Source of the DNA: a virus
Reading direction: 5' to 3' (one strand)
Length of the DNA: 64,000 nt
IMG/VR virus record: IMGVR_UViG_3300029585_000027
Location: 253-64,252 of that record
The notes beneath the pieces are model-generated. The model was given only the letters and a program-made list of their open reading frames with translations, was not told where the DNA came from and searched no databases. Made by a program: the position numbers and the translations under genes. Below are positions 53,401 through 61,822 of the stretch, piece after piece (position 1 is the stretch's first letter; every line of letters begins with the position of its first letter).

Positions 53401-53807
53401 ATAGTGCCCCGGCTGGCGGGGGTGCGGGTGATATCAACGAGGCAAACACACAAGCGGTGCGTCGCCTAGAAGAAGTCATCACCGAACTACGAACCCTAAA
53501 CTCTACCGGAGAGGCCAACCTAGCAGTATCCGAGCAAATCCTAGATTCGTCAGGTGGAACTCTTGGAACAGCCAGCGCCACAGTCGCCGGGGATTCTCAG
53601 CCAGAGATCACTATCAATGTTGAAGGTCAGACAACAGTCACGGTTACTGGTTTTGAAGCCGGGGTGGCACGTTTGGCAACGTCGCTTGCTGAATCACTTG
53701 GTGGTTTCGTCAGCGCTGAAGAAGCTCGACGTATTGCAGATGAGGTTCTGGAAAACATCAGAACTGAACTACTACGTCGCGGCATTATCACCCCAACCAC
53801 ACTATAA
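47436..53807 (+). CDS. Tape measure protein
   Basis: 2123 aa, Ala/Gln/Leu-rich helical; TMP core FNDSLIEVNKIL...AFARAG...IGTALKT; Gly-rich hydrophobic segments; TTG start. Confidence 0.92.
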   Translation: MSDKFDIEAKLKITGVEVKGDLDAGTLKFKVDTSALKKLVSDAGEAAKKVKAKFDKLKLNKIKLEVNKTSLRTMESQIRNAVQNAVKKTKLELQANVAGGTKTDPFKAQRQAAGKSAQSLQTLHELTKQVNQGLRSLVRTMGSMSQGPASSAAKGNLPFPPGARTVSAGSLGGGGGGTPRPPGGSSPGGAGRGGGGVGDLSRGMQNLAKNTQNANEKLETLEDLTFQVGRKAAAFRGVAIAINGIVTAAQNAAKFIIDFNDSLIEVNKILQLSDASLNILGDDLFSLSAKTGVASDQTIGIAEAFARAGLAGRGYGSVVDLTDRALVGLQGTTLDAGQATELFIQIIQQVEGGVRGLNKELVTTTKLFDVLGKAEDITASKATDVQQAFKRSAASIFATGATIEQATAIISVLQERTQRGGDVIGTALKTLASRISSSTSDATKALNEIGVETIDAQGNLRNLFDVLQDTAVAFNSLTESERADVAVKAAGIRQVEVFRAALLDFGRTQEVTNELVNASGDAARKQGAEQKKLANTISRLQLGLQQLVKTASEGIIGEAFVGAIDLAEKLVTGIAKLDKMLGGAVSSFGGLLAIGVGFKVIVPMLVGITRAVGFFIGMQKESAVAMQGINSAGMQTASTINGQLNSSMQRTATLTAQANGQMQQLSASTLFAASQAERLAKANAASALASPAGQAGIANLARGNIGNGGVDIIQTGGKGKGSAKGINKLGKAAQGTGLKVIGLGAVASIAGGALQSFADDLKKETGGGFLSNAADIGGGALGGAGTGALIGSIIPGIGTAIGASVGAIVGAFKPLVSAFHSAGSTIDELRSRYLQLGIIQAENGEVTSAVAAKLDKALRNLEGFQNFELGLEEGRLKDLFDPEGASKREQEVDKARVSAQKGLEAGFDRNASATERNAKVFAAISKALQARSGQSSIDLAAPELLDKSAPVLQSIGENTLREIETEALKIAETFGVSSEAISSVFDEEIGKIRNKPVTRETVAAAEREVADKTKAFVDSLDVLLPAGQQITRAAKEQAGKFKDAVKSIALGRGGEEAEKIVRETLAKALTGQTILSGAGGESLLGSAGRNELQTQVDVAQGLAAQRRNAGVPGFGSALPDILKKLGPLLDQGVEAETIRRQQERLELGRNRVSSAFDSTRSEFPVESFGRFLDTPINELGVILRDFISDFGREIEKMGEVQLRAITPQQQLADALAKNAASSAQDLRRRADLEKADALASSKQKFQTIAGRGERQFAGIAGEENNLTTVGDALQSLFQALLDANRKISDQGITNPDEQRRVLASAREGVDLTNIDDKQIKAVTDNVLQLSKTFVKLDTEALQAIVKSNAAAVAALKNRLSEEARLIALSERQRQATALNARAVAEELTGIRRLVAERQIEADLAEGSVTAQKGRLSSIDEEIAKLNAVEQTERNRAGVLDQLEVLERARADESIKLEEMLAKQRITSIRNTLQVANEAVNAAKATADQERKRISTLAEIGGLLAVDQTQMGKFNAELDSLSSQFKTSQAALASEAAAVNATITDQAEREERLADIKRRGSALALDQAKAEAQVIQKRREAVKQVAEEILGNQQEQVDAQRAVMEATRGVAAAFEGYLQAVDGAVMATTRYNLGLSLASVETTKITGGFSGMREEIGAVQDAFRGAESLARQLGASEKTLVEIRRDSINQQLSLFQNLLQEQSQLARNFFTSSAQDQSDLFLGINEAGSIADLLGGSFDNFKKLGEGAINDLGAQLLALPQETRQRVISSLESLKAVGGEVGGFTADELLTAIETASLGVSGEGLQVDPLFEVQERIASLQEEQARLATEQLLASQEQLISSKEQLEQAEAAKDLAEIQLERIKEEGSMLRGKMGELQGQLNTTLLQQEQTQRQGFNAVTSAVDRATNAIVNQLPNAFSVKVAESFREVMSAGGISAAAEFEPSAANATPKSRGREVAEAQRAAGRNRAVAHQQFAQSGASTVNQAVAVNSAPAGGGAGDINEANTQAVRRLEEVITELRTLNSTGEANLAVSEQILDSSGGTLGTASATVAGDSQPEITINVEGQTTVTVTGFEAGVARLATSLAESLGGFVSAEEARRIADEVLENIRTELLRRGIITPTTL

Positions 53808-53809
53808 CA

Positions 53810-55297
53810 ATGGCAACTCCAGAATCATCACTACCAGGACTGAACCCCTCATACATTGAGGTGGCATATGGTGGCTCGGTGCTTACACCGTCGCCACTAA
53901 TCTCTCATTCGGTTCAAATCGAGAGAGACGATTCAGACAATCGAGAGGTGCTGAGAACAACACGAACCCTGACGGGAACCATTCTAACTTCGGGGATTGG
54001 TTATCACTTTGTTCGTCAAAAGCAACGTGAGCTAGAAGATGCATTCGCTGCTGACAATCTAGAGTTTACGATTACTGCTACTGCCGATCACCCATGTCTT
54101 GTTGCTGGGACGCCCATCGAAAGTGGCGTATTCCCATTAGTGCAGTCGATTGACATTCAAGAAGACACCCAGTTTAATAGACTTGACTATACCATTGTTC
54201 TGGAAGACGCCACCGCGCCTAGCGGGGTTTCCGGACTGGTAACAAATCTCACCAATACTTGGCAATACACAGAAAATGAAACAGAGTGTTTGGTCGACAT
54301 CACCCACTCTGTCAGTGCTCAAGGCGTCAACACCTCCGTCTCTGGGATGCCATCCAATGCGTTGTCTAATGCTAAGGAACGTGTCACCCAGCTTCTTGGT
54401 CTATCAGCAGCGCCAGAGGGATTCCCAGCTTATGTGCAGCCAGCTAGTGGTAGCAATGTCAGATTCTACGAGGTTACGACTTCCCGTGAAGAGAATGTTG
54501 GATTTGAAGATGGCACGTATGCAGTAACCGAGAACTTCAAACTTGTTTCTGGATTACTGCCATTTGCTGACGAACGCACCGCCCAGTATCAGCTAGATGA
54601 GTCTAGGATCACAACCATTACCTTACAGGGAACGGTTCGTGGTATGGGTAGAACTAATGACGGAGCACCCGCTGGATCAAGTAGATCAAGTGGCGGAACC
54701 GGATTTGTTAACGCCCTTAGTGGCTTCAACACATTGGTCCGTCCAGAGTGGACGAGTGATGCGTTGGAGGTATATGATCGCTACGGCGGATCTGGCTTCC
54801 TGGTCATCGATCGTCCCACCGCTGTTTCAATCACCCAGACTCCATGCGCGGGAACGGTGGGGTATAGTGTTACCTACACAGACAACCCAACCGAGAACCT
54901 ACCCAGTGGCATCCAAGACCTAAGTTGTTCTGTTCAAAGGACAGACCCAACCGTATCTAATGCTATTATTGGGGTGCCATTCGCCGCTCTTGGTCCAGTT
55001 TTTCAGAGGCTATGCACTACCTCCGAGGGGTCTTACGCCATTCAGTGTAATGTAGTAGCCTTCAACACCGGCAATGAGGTTATCGATACAAATAGGGCTA
55101 TTGAGGTTGCTGAGCAAGAAATCATCAAGCTCCAGCCAAACCCCGCTGACTATATCGCGATGAAGCTCACCGGAAGGAACCAAACTGTTGACAGAATCAA
55201 CAGGAGTATTAATGTGACCTACACATGGACCTTCTCACAGTCTATCGACACTGTGCCATCTGACACTGGACCAATCACTCTGGGGAGGATTTCTTAA
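53810..55297 (+). CDS. Tail tip / distal tail protein
   Basis: 495 aa, beta-rich, directly after TMP. Confidence 0.55.
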   Translation: MATPESSLPGLNPSYIEVAYGGSVLTPSPLISHSVQIERDDSDNREVLRTTRTLTGTILTSGIGYHFVRQKQRELEDAFAADNLEFTITATADHPCLVAGTPIESGVFPLVQSIDIQEDTQFNRLDYTIVLEDATAPSGVSGLVTNLTNTWQYTENETECLVDITHSVSAQGVNTSVSGMPSNALSNAKERVTQLLGLSAAPEGFPAYVQPASGSNVRFYEVTTSREENVGFEDGTYAVTENFKLVSGLLPFADERTAQYQLDESRITTITLQGTVRGMGRTNDGAPAGSSRSSGGTGFVNALSGFNTLVRPEWTSDALEVYDRYGGSGFLVIDRPTAVSITQTPCAGTVGYSVTYTDNPTENLPSGIQDLSCSVQRTDPTVSNAIIGVPFAALGPVFQRLCTTSEGSYAIQCNVVAFNTGNEVIDTNRAIEVAEQEIIKLQPNPADYIAMKLTGRNQTVDRINRSINVTYTWTFSQSIDTVPSDTGPITLGRIS

Positions 55298-55827
55298 TGG
55301 TTTTCCCAACAGTTCAATTCATTCAGTTTGACAAAGATGTTGACCCGTCCGGTGTTCGTGATATTCCAGCTAGTGGTGTTAAGCTACTGGATACATCAAT
55401 CACTGGCTGTCTCGACTTCGGTAACGCCAACACGACTAGCTCTGGGGCAATCAGCGACACCAAGATGGTGCTCTTTAGGGTGTCAGATATGGGCGATGCA
55501 TCTGGCATCTACAACATGAAGTTCTTCCTAGAGAATGCTTCAGCCTTCAACACCGGCAACTACAGATTCCTACATCGCATTTCGACTGACTTCCTTGGCG
55601 CTGGATTTACACTAGGTCTCGCTGATCTAGATGTCCCAGTAACCCTACCAGTTGCACAAAACGTCACTAGCACAAGTGGCACCCCAACACTCAGTGGCAT
55701 TGCCGATGGTCACACTAGTCAGTATATCTACCTAGCAGTTTTTGTTGATTCGGATGTTCCGTTTGGCACCTATGGGGGTTGCGCAGCCGGTAGTTTCCGT
55801 TATCGCATGCTTTACGATTTCTCATAA
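55297..55827 (+). CDS. virion structural protein (paralog A)
   Basis: 176 aa; C-terminus ...YRMLYDFS. Confidence 0.6.
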   Translation: MVFPTVQFIQFDKDVDPSGVRDIPASGVKLLDTSITGCLDFGNANTTSSGAISDTKMVLFRVSDMGDASGIYNMKFFLENASAFNTGNYRFLHRISTDFLGAGFTLGLADLDVPVTLPVAQNVTSTSGTPTLSGIADGHTSQYIYLAVFVDSDVPFGTYGGCAAGSFRYRMLYDFS

Positions 55828-55829
55828 CC

Positions 55830-56420
55830 ATGTCATCGGGTATCATCTTACCACAAATTAGGTTCTCTAGTTGGCTCAATGCCGAACTGGCAGATCCTGT
55901 AGGAACCAGACACTTAGTCTCCGGAGCATTTGCTTACGATAAGGAGGTTGGGGTAGGCTGTAGCAGGGCTATGGCTTTTGGGAACTTGCGACTTAACACT
56001 GGAGACAATAGTCCATTCGTGGGCTCCAATGTTGCAGTCATCAACTTCTCGTTTCCGAATTTCGGTGACCTCCAAGCATCCGGCATCTCCACTATTTCCA
56101 ACATGAAGATATGGCTTCCAGCAGGGTCTGGAACCGTCCTAGACCTACCAGGATCGCATCTTCAGTTTCAAACCAGTGGAGTATGGGTTCCTAATCTCAA
56201 CTTCCCCAGCGGCGCAGGACAGGAATTTTTAGGCACTGTGCCATCTCAATTCAATGTTCGTCGTATCGATGGAACACCAGCCATCGACAGCTTTAATGAC
56301 GACAACGTCTCTGAATGGATTTATCTCAGGATGTTTCTGGATACTGACTTTCCAGTTGGATCCTATGGAGTGTGCGGTAGTGGCCTGTTAAGATTACGCT
56401 TAACGTATGACTTCTACTAA
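55830..56420 (+). CDS. virion structural protein (paralog B)
   Basis: 196 aa; C-terminus ...LRLTYDFY. Confidence 0.6.
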   Translation: MSSGIILPQIRFSSWLNAELADPVGTRHLVSGAFAYDKEVGVGCSRAMAFGNLRLNTGDNSPFVGSNVAVINFSFPNFGDLQASGISTISNMKIWLPAGSGTVLDLPGSHLQFQTSGVWVPNLNFPSGAGQEFLGTVPSQFNVRRIDGTPAIDSFNDDNVSEWIYLRMFLDTDFPVGSYGVCGSGLLRLRLTYDFY

Positions 56421-56442
56421 ATGCTCGTCCCGTTAAGTCGTT

Positions 56443-56451
56443 TTAGTGTAT
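56443..56451 (+). promoter_or_regulatory. putative late promoter motif TTAGTGTAT
   Basis: Intergenic. Confidence 0.65.
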
Positions 56452-56512
56452 TAGTCTAGGGGGATGTTCTCCCTGCTAGCAAGAACTAGTTCTTTACTTT
56501 TAGGAGGTAAAC

Positions 56513-56698
56513 ATGGCAACTATCAATGCAACTTCCAGCAACAACCGCGTAAACCGCATGCGTATGAGCAAGTCTCGCACGCTGCTACTTTACAGCGATC
56601 GTGTCATTGCGACCGGCGCTTTTGTGGGTGTAGCTCAGTTCGTAAGCCGTCTCGCTGTGAGCGAGTTGACGCTAACGAACCCGTTCACGATTGCGTGA
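56513..56698 (+). CDS. small virion-type protein
   Basis: 61 aa, AGGAGG RBS, own promoter motif and terminator. Confidence 0.65.
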   Translation: MATINATSSNNRVNRMRMSKSRTLLLYSDRVIATGAFVGVAQFVSRLAVSELTLTNPFTIA

Positions 56699-56721
56699 TC
56701 GATGGAGTAGACTGGACTTCA

Positions 56722-56754
56722 ACGGCTGCCCTCTTTGGAGGGTGGCCGTATTTT
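56722..56754 (+). terminator. intrinsic terminator
   Basis: ACGGCTGCCCTC-TTTG-GAGGGTGGCCGT-ATTTT. Confidence 0.8.
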
Positions 56755-56769
56755 CAAATGGGTTAGGAT

Positions 56770-57288
56770 ATGACTGGTGGGTTACTAGATTCAAGTATGG
56801 CTTTGAGGCATTCTCACGATGATGGTGGGCATGCAATTTACACGATTGAACTAGAGTTCACAGATTTGTTTGGTCGCCGTCGCAAGCATGCAGATACGGT
56901 GAGTTTACCACTAACACAATCGCCACGACAACAAGTGTCTTTTACGGCGATGTCTAGTGTGAATATGGGAGTGGCTGTAGTGGAATCGGTCTCAGACCTA
57001 AACACTGGGGTGATGTTTTCTGACGGTAACCGTGTTACCTTAGCCAACTATCACGATTTTACGCCATCAGTTGGTGATGTTGTCAGCGTGCTTGAACACT
57101 TCTACGTGAATTCAACAGAGAGAATGTTCTACGTGATCTTACCTCACCCTCTAAATATCGATCCAGAAATGTTAGCACTACAATCTATCAATGCTGATAT
57201 TCTAGATGAGTCTGGTAAACTTGTTTACAGGCTAAGTGCTGATCCACTTTTCAAGGGAGGAAGTCATGGCGCGTCAGTGGGATCCTAA
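56770..57288 (+). CDS. hypothetical protein
   Basis: 172 aa. Confidence 0.6.
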   Translation: MTGGLLDSSMALRHSHDDGGHAIYTIELEFTDLFGRRRKHADTVSLPLTQSPRQQVSFTAMSSVNMGVAVVESVSDLNTGVMFSDGNRVTLANYHDFTPSVGDVVSVLEHFYVNSTERMFYVILPHPLNIDPEMLALQSINADILDESGKLVYRLSADPLFKGGSHGASVGS

Positions 57289-60200
57289 CGGCTCGCATGC
57301 AGATTACTGGAGAAGCGACAATCCTTTGATTGGCGCGTGGTATCGTTTTGGCGATGACCTACCCAAGAATGCATTCCTCAGCAACGAAGAGAAGGATAGT
57401 CCGACAGTATACCTGTCTGGCTTGATGAAGGATTCCGGTCCGTGTAAACATCACCTCAAGCCATACTTTCTTACTGGGACTGATGAGACTGTGCTCACGC
57501 CAGTTCCAGGGATTGCACCATGGGCGCTGTCAGGCAGTGGCTTGCAGTTCAATCAAACATACCCCGATAACAAGATGTTGTATGCAGATCCTGCATATGT
57601 GATCCATAATCGTGATGGGGTTACTGATCATGGCACGCTATCAAATGGCGTCAACATGTATTCTGGCATCACCGTTATCGGATGGGCTAGAATTCCCGAT
57701 GCTGGTGGCCCGCAGGGTGCCCAGACGATTTTAGGACGTGCTGACCAGGACACCAGTCTATCTACACACCTACTTTGGAGAATTGTTTGGAGTCAGCCAA
57801 CATCGACTAGCTTTGTTTTTGCTAGCACATTCCTATCCCAAACGAACTTTACTTTCAACGGGACTGGAACATTTCCAGCGACAAGAGTTCTTCAGGGTAA
57901 CACCTTAAGCAGCGCCACGTCTCCGAACTTTCCTACAGATCGTAGCCTTCCATTCTTTTTTGCTCTTCAGTATAGCCGCGAGGAAGTAGAAGACAACAGA
58001 TCATTTACGGGTAATGGTAGTGGTATTGCTCGTATCTTTGTTGGCACAGAAGCAAGCGGTATTAGCGCAGTTCAAGAAAACCTGTATCGCGGACCCGACA
58101 TTGACTGCACCTATATCAATCCAGATCGTGGTGGAGTCCCGCTAAGCATCTTCTCGGAAAGCAGGCCACTACGTGGAGCAACAACAAATCGTCACCTCGT
58201 TGATGGTGCGGTGCTCGATGAAGTCGTTATTGTTAACGATGGTATGATGTCACCAGAACGTATTCTTCACTATGCTTTAAGTGGCATGACGAAGATTGAC
58301 ACTTCTGACCCAGAACATCCAGATTTCGAGGTGGAGTTTCCTCAGTCTAGCGGACTACAGGCATATTGGGGTTTCGAGGACAACGGCAATAACACATCAC
58401 CAAATACGCTAAATGACCCACGACTAGAGCTTTCACTCAGTGGACTTGGTTCGTCGTATGACTTTGCTGATGGTGTAAACGGCGGTAGATGTATTCGTGT
58501 TAGCCCCGCCAACGCAATGAATACTGCTAGCGATGGTGAGTTGCTACTAGCACGAAATGACTATCCGTTAATCCCAGCGGTTAGTGGACTTCCACTACTA
58601 TTCCCTAGTGGTCATGTAGTTGACGAAGGTATGACCGTTATTGGGTGGATGCGACCAATTCCAACAGGAACAATTGCCAATGGTGGATTTGGTTGGATTG
58701 GTGCAAACGGTAGACACAATAGCTTTTTCATTGATAACAATGCAACAGCCGGTAGTGTTGGCCTAAACTCTCTAAGCGTATCTGCGTATCCAAGTGGACA
58801 AACCGCCCTGCTTGAACACATCAGAGTTACTTCTGATGAAAGCGTAAGCGCGACTTTGCAGCCGGGTAATGGTCTAGGGACAACCACCAGCACTGGAATC
58901 TTCAATTCTGAATATGACGTTGCTGATGATGGTTGGCATCTATGGGCTGGGGTTTGGGACTTCAAGGCGGGCACGATCTACTTGGTAAAAGATGCCAAGC
59001 ATGTTATCCCAATGACCCAAGCGATGTCATCGACCTCTGGATTGAGTTCAGATGGCCTAGGACCATGGGAAGGATTTTTTGGATTCGTCCCCCGTGGCAC
59101 CAACTCTGTTGAATATGATGACTTTGCAGTTTACAACCGCGTTCTATCAATTCCGGAAATGTCGGGATTTGGTCTCGCGAATATTCAGGGTCCGCCTATT
59201 CAGACAGATATCGACACATCGTTTAGATCTCTAGTTGGATATTGGCCACTAGCCGATGTTACAAACTATGATCCAGTAGGTATTTCTGGCTATAGACTTA
59301 ATGATGAGAGTTGGTATTTTCACCACCTAACAAACATTAGCGGTCTGTTCTCGTTTGATGGAGACAGCCTCAATACTGAAGTAAGTGAATTCCCTACGTC
59401 AACAGAAGTTAACGTTAGTGGTTCAATGATTAGTCTTGAGCGTGTGTTGCATGGTAGCAACCTAGATGCGTCGAACTCCAATCTTTTCGCCGCTAGTGGA
59501 TTTTCTGCTGGTGCATGGGTATATCTACCATCCGGCGACCTACAGACTCAAGGTAATGGATCAAGTGGTCTTTACGGCACCCACATGATTATGGGCGCAT
59601 GGGGACCAGAAGATAATGAGCGTTCATGGTTTATGGGGATCGAGGGTAACAAACTAGCCGTCAAGTTTGTTGAGAGCAATGAAACCCCGAATGAATTCAC
59701 ATCAACATTAGAGCCAACATATAATCAACCCTTCTTTGTCGGTTGTAACTTTTTCCCGTCTGGCTCTAGTCTAGTTGCTCAGATGGTCAAGATAGATTCT
59801 AGCTCTACAGCACCAACACAATACGCTATTGATTCGACATTTGCCAGCCCGAGTATTACGCCACGCTCTGTAGGCGCTAGCGGCTTCAGCATTCTCAATG
59901 CACCGGGTCGAGGATGGGGGTTCCCATCTGGGACGCGTATGCAGCATGCGTTTATGCACCTCGGGCACCTAAACGAAGACAGGTGGCAAAGAGTGAAGCG
60001 CGATGCTATTAGGATCAACACACTAGCATCAGGAGCGGTATCAACAACCGACCCAGACAACATCAGTCATTGGAATTTTGACAAGGCTGGTAGTGAGATT
60101 CTAGACGTTGGTAAAGAACAGAATCACCTATCCATCTTCAATACTGATGGACATGATATCGGTGTCGAGGCAGCCATCCACTCAAGTGGCGTGGTTGTTC

Positions 60201-61822
60201 GTAAGCCAGAATATCTTGATACACGCCCAGATAACGCTCAGTCTAGAAGATTAGATTTGGGATCTGGCACACAGTCTTGGACGGCTCTTACGTGGCTGAT
60301 TCCACCCGTTATCAGCAACACAGATGAACACGTTATCCTTAACAAGGGTAGTGGTCCGGCAGCTTCGCCAACGGGCATTAAGGTATTTACCGATGCCGAC
60401 TCACTCACAGCACAAGCTTTGGCTGCCGATAAGACGACTGCTGGTAACAATGGAGATCTAGCACCATCAGAATGGAATCACCTTGCGGTTACGTATGATC
60501 GTGACAATAATGAGTTTGGTGTCGTTATCAATGGTAGATACGCCGGCACCTCGTTCGTTGATCTGATCGAAATCGAACCCAACAACTCCGGTCTATCACT
60601 AGGTGGTCGCGGCGATGCTGGATTCGATGCCAATGCAGGAGGTAGTGCGTTCTCTGGTCTTCTAGATGACGCTATGTTGTTCTCTCGCGTGCTAACCCTA
60701 CCAGAGATCTCTGGCCTAGCAGCCAACTCATACAATTACAACAATCAGGCTGGAGCTGTCAACGGTCTGTTTGGTGGTTGGATCAGTGGTATCCCACAAA
60801 ATGTGATTTCTGGATTGATTGGATCATACATGCATGGTCAGGCGCAAGACATCGAATTGATCGCTGGTTATGTTAGTGGTGTATCCGGTATCGTCGGAGA
60901 GTATGGTGGATTCATTCATGGATCTGCTCAGATTAGTGGATTGACCGCCGCATTCTTACACGGTGCAGAACAGCAGAGTGGGGTCTTCGGACACTTCATG
61001 CACGGTCTAGACATCGCCAGTGGCCTGCTGGGAAGCTACACCTTCGGTGCATGCGAAGCACAAGATGAGTTTGATGTAACATTGACGTTTGAAATCATTA
61101 CGTCTAAGGACTTTGATGCCAGACTTGGTGTTGAGAAGACTGAGATCTATGACTTCGACTCTAGACTAGGTGTCATCAGGATTACCGAACCACCAGAATG
61201 CACTCTAGAAATGCCACTTATCGGCACCATTGCGTCTGGCATTCCATATACGCTCACTGTCGAGGGTAGTGGTATTGCCCAAGATAACAAGAATGTTGAG
61301 AAGGTAAGATTCACCTTCGCAGACTTTAAGGGTGCAGTGGACGGAACCTTGATTGATGGAGTTCCATTCAGTGGTCTATACCAAGCTTCAAGGACGTTTG
61401 ACACCCCAGGTTGGTATACTGTCAAGATGGAGGTTTTGGATAGCTATGGTTATCGCACAAGCTGCGCGAGGCCATTCCTACTCATTCCATCAGGATCAAC
61501 ATCTGGTGCATACATTGCAACCCTACCCGGGGTATCAATCTCAGGAACTCCCGACACCGGAAGTGCAATCCAGCGCGTATTCTTGACCCATACGCTTACC
61601 GGGCTAGACAACACAAGTGGCGTCTTGGAATACACTGATTTCTCAGACCAACAAGAATCTCTGGTGAATAGCCTGGAGATGCCACCTGGAACTCAGTTTA
61701 CGGATTTTGTTAGAACTCATGACTATACAATGCCAGGACGATACACGCCAGTCTGGGCTGTAAGCGGCTCATGGGGTATTGTGTCTGACTCTCTATCGGA
61801 TGGAATTGACTATCAAGTATGA
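57266..61822 (+). CDS. Large virion protein with repeated LamG/concanavalin-like domains and C-terminal PKD-like folds
   Basis: Repeated AYWGFED / GYWPL / SHWNFD openings, WNHLAVTYD, GLLDDAMLFSRVLT, FDDFAVYNRVLS-type ends; PGWYTVKMEVLDSYG, YTMPGRYT. Confidence 0.75.
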   Translation: MARQWDPNGSHADYWRSDNPLIGAWYRFGDDLPKNAFLSNEEKDSPTVYLSGLMKDSGPCKHHLKPYFLTGTDETVLTPVPGIAPWALSGSGLQFNQTYPDNKMLYADPAYVIHNRDGVTDHGTLSNGVNMYSGITVIGWARIPDAGGPQGAQTILGRADQDTSLSTHLLWRIVWSQPTSTSFVFASTFLSQTNFTFNGTGTFPATRVLQGNTLSSATSPNFPTDRSLPFFFALQYSREEVEDNRSFTGNGSGIARIFVGTEASGISAVQENLYRGPDIDCTYINPDRGGVPLSIFSESRPLRGATTNRHLVDGAVLDEVVIVNDGMMSPERILHYALSGMTKIDTSDPEHPDFEVEFPQSSGLQAYWGFEDNGNNTSPNTLNDPRLELSLSGLGSSYDFADGVNGGRCIRVSPANAMNTASDGELLLARNDYPLIPAVSGLPLLFPSGHVVDEGMTVIGWMRPIPTGTIANGGFGWIGANGRHNSFFIDNNATAGSVGLNSLSVSAYPSGQTALLEHIRVTSDESVSATLQPGNGLGTTTSTGIFNSEYDVADDGWHLWAGVWDFKAGTIYLVKDAKHVIPMTQAMSSTSGLSSDGLGPWEGFFGFVPRGTNSVEYDDFAVYNRVLSIPEMSGFGLANIQGPPIQTDIDTSFRSLVGYWPLADVTNYDPVGISGYRLNDESWYFHHLTNISGLFSFDGDSLNTEVSEFPTSTEVNVSGSMISLERVLHGSNLDASNSNLFAASGFSAGAWVYLPSGDLQTQGNGSSGLYGTHMIMGAWGPEDNERSWFMGIEGNKLAVKFVESNETPNEFTSTLEPTYNQPFFVGCNFFPSGSSLVAQMVKIDSSSTAPTQYAIDSTFASPSITPRSVGASGFSILNAPGRGWGFPSGTRMQHAFMHLGHLNEDRWQRVKRDAIRINTLASGAVSTTDPDNISHWNFDKAGSEILDVGKEQNHLSIFNTDGHDIGVEAAIHSSGVVVRKPEYLDTRPDNAQSRRLDLGSGTQSWTALTWLIPPVISNTDEHVILNKGSGPAASPTGIKVFTDADSLTAQALAADKTTAGNNGDLAPSEWNHLAVTYDRDNNEFGVVINGRYAGTSFVDLIEIEPNNSGLSLGGRGDAGFDANAGGSAFSGLLDDAMLFSRVLTLPEISGLAANSYNYNNQAGAVNGLFGGWISGIPQNVISGLIGSYMHGQAQDIELIAGYVSGVSGIVGEYGGFIHGSAQISGLTAAFLHGAEQQSGVFGHFMHGLDIASGLLGSYTFGACEAQDEFDVTLTFEIITSKDFDARLGVEKTEIYDFDSRLGVIRITEPPECTLEMPLIGTIASGIPYTLTVEGSGIAQDNKNVEKVRFTFADFKGAVDGTLIDGVPFSGLYQASRTFDTPGWYTVKMEVLDSYGYRTSCARPFLLIPSGSTSGAYIATLPGVSISGTPDTGSAIQRVFLTHTLTGLDNTSGVLEYTDFSDQQESLVNSLEMPPGTQFTDFVRTHDYTMPGRYTPVWAVSGSWGIVSDSLSDGIDYQV

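Noticed and set aside
47870-53581. Minus-strand ORFs inside the tape measure gene
   Set aside because: Shadow frames of an Ala/Leu-rich gene; no independent signals.
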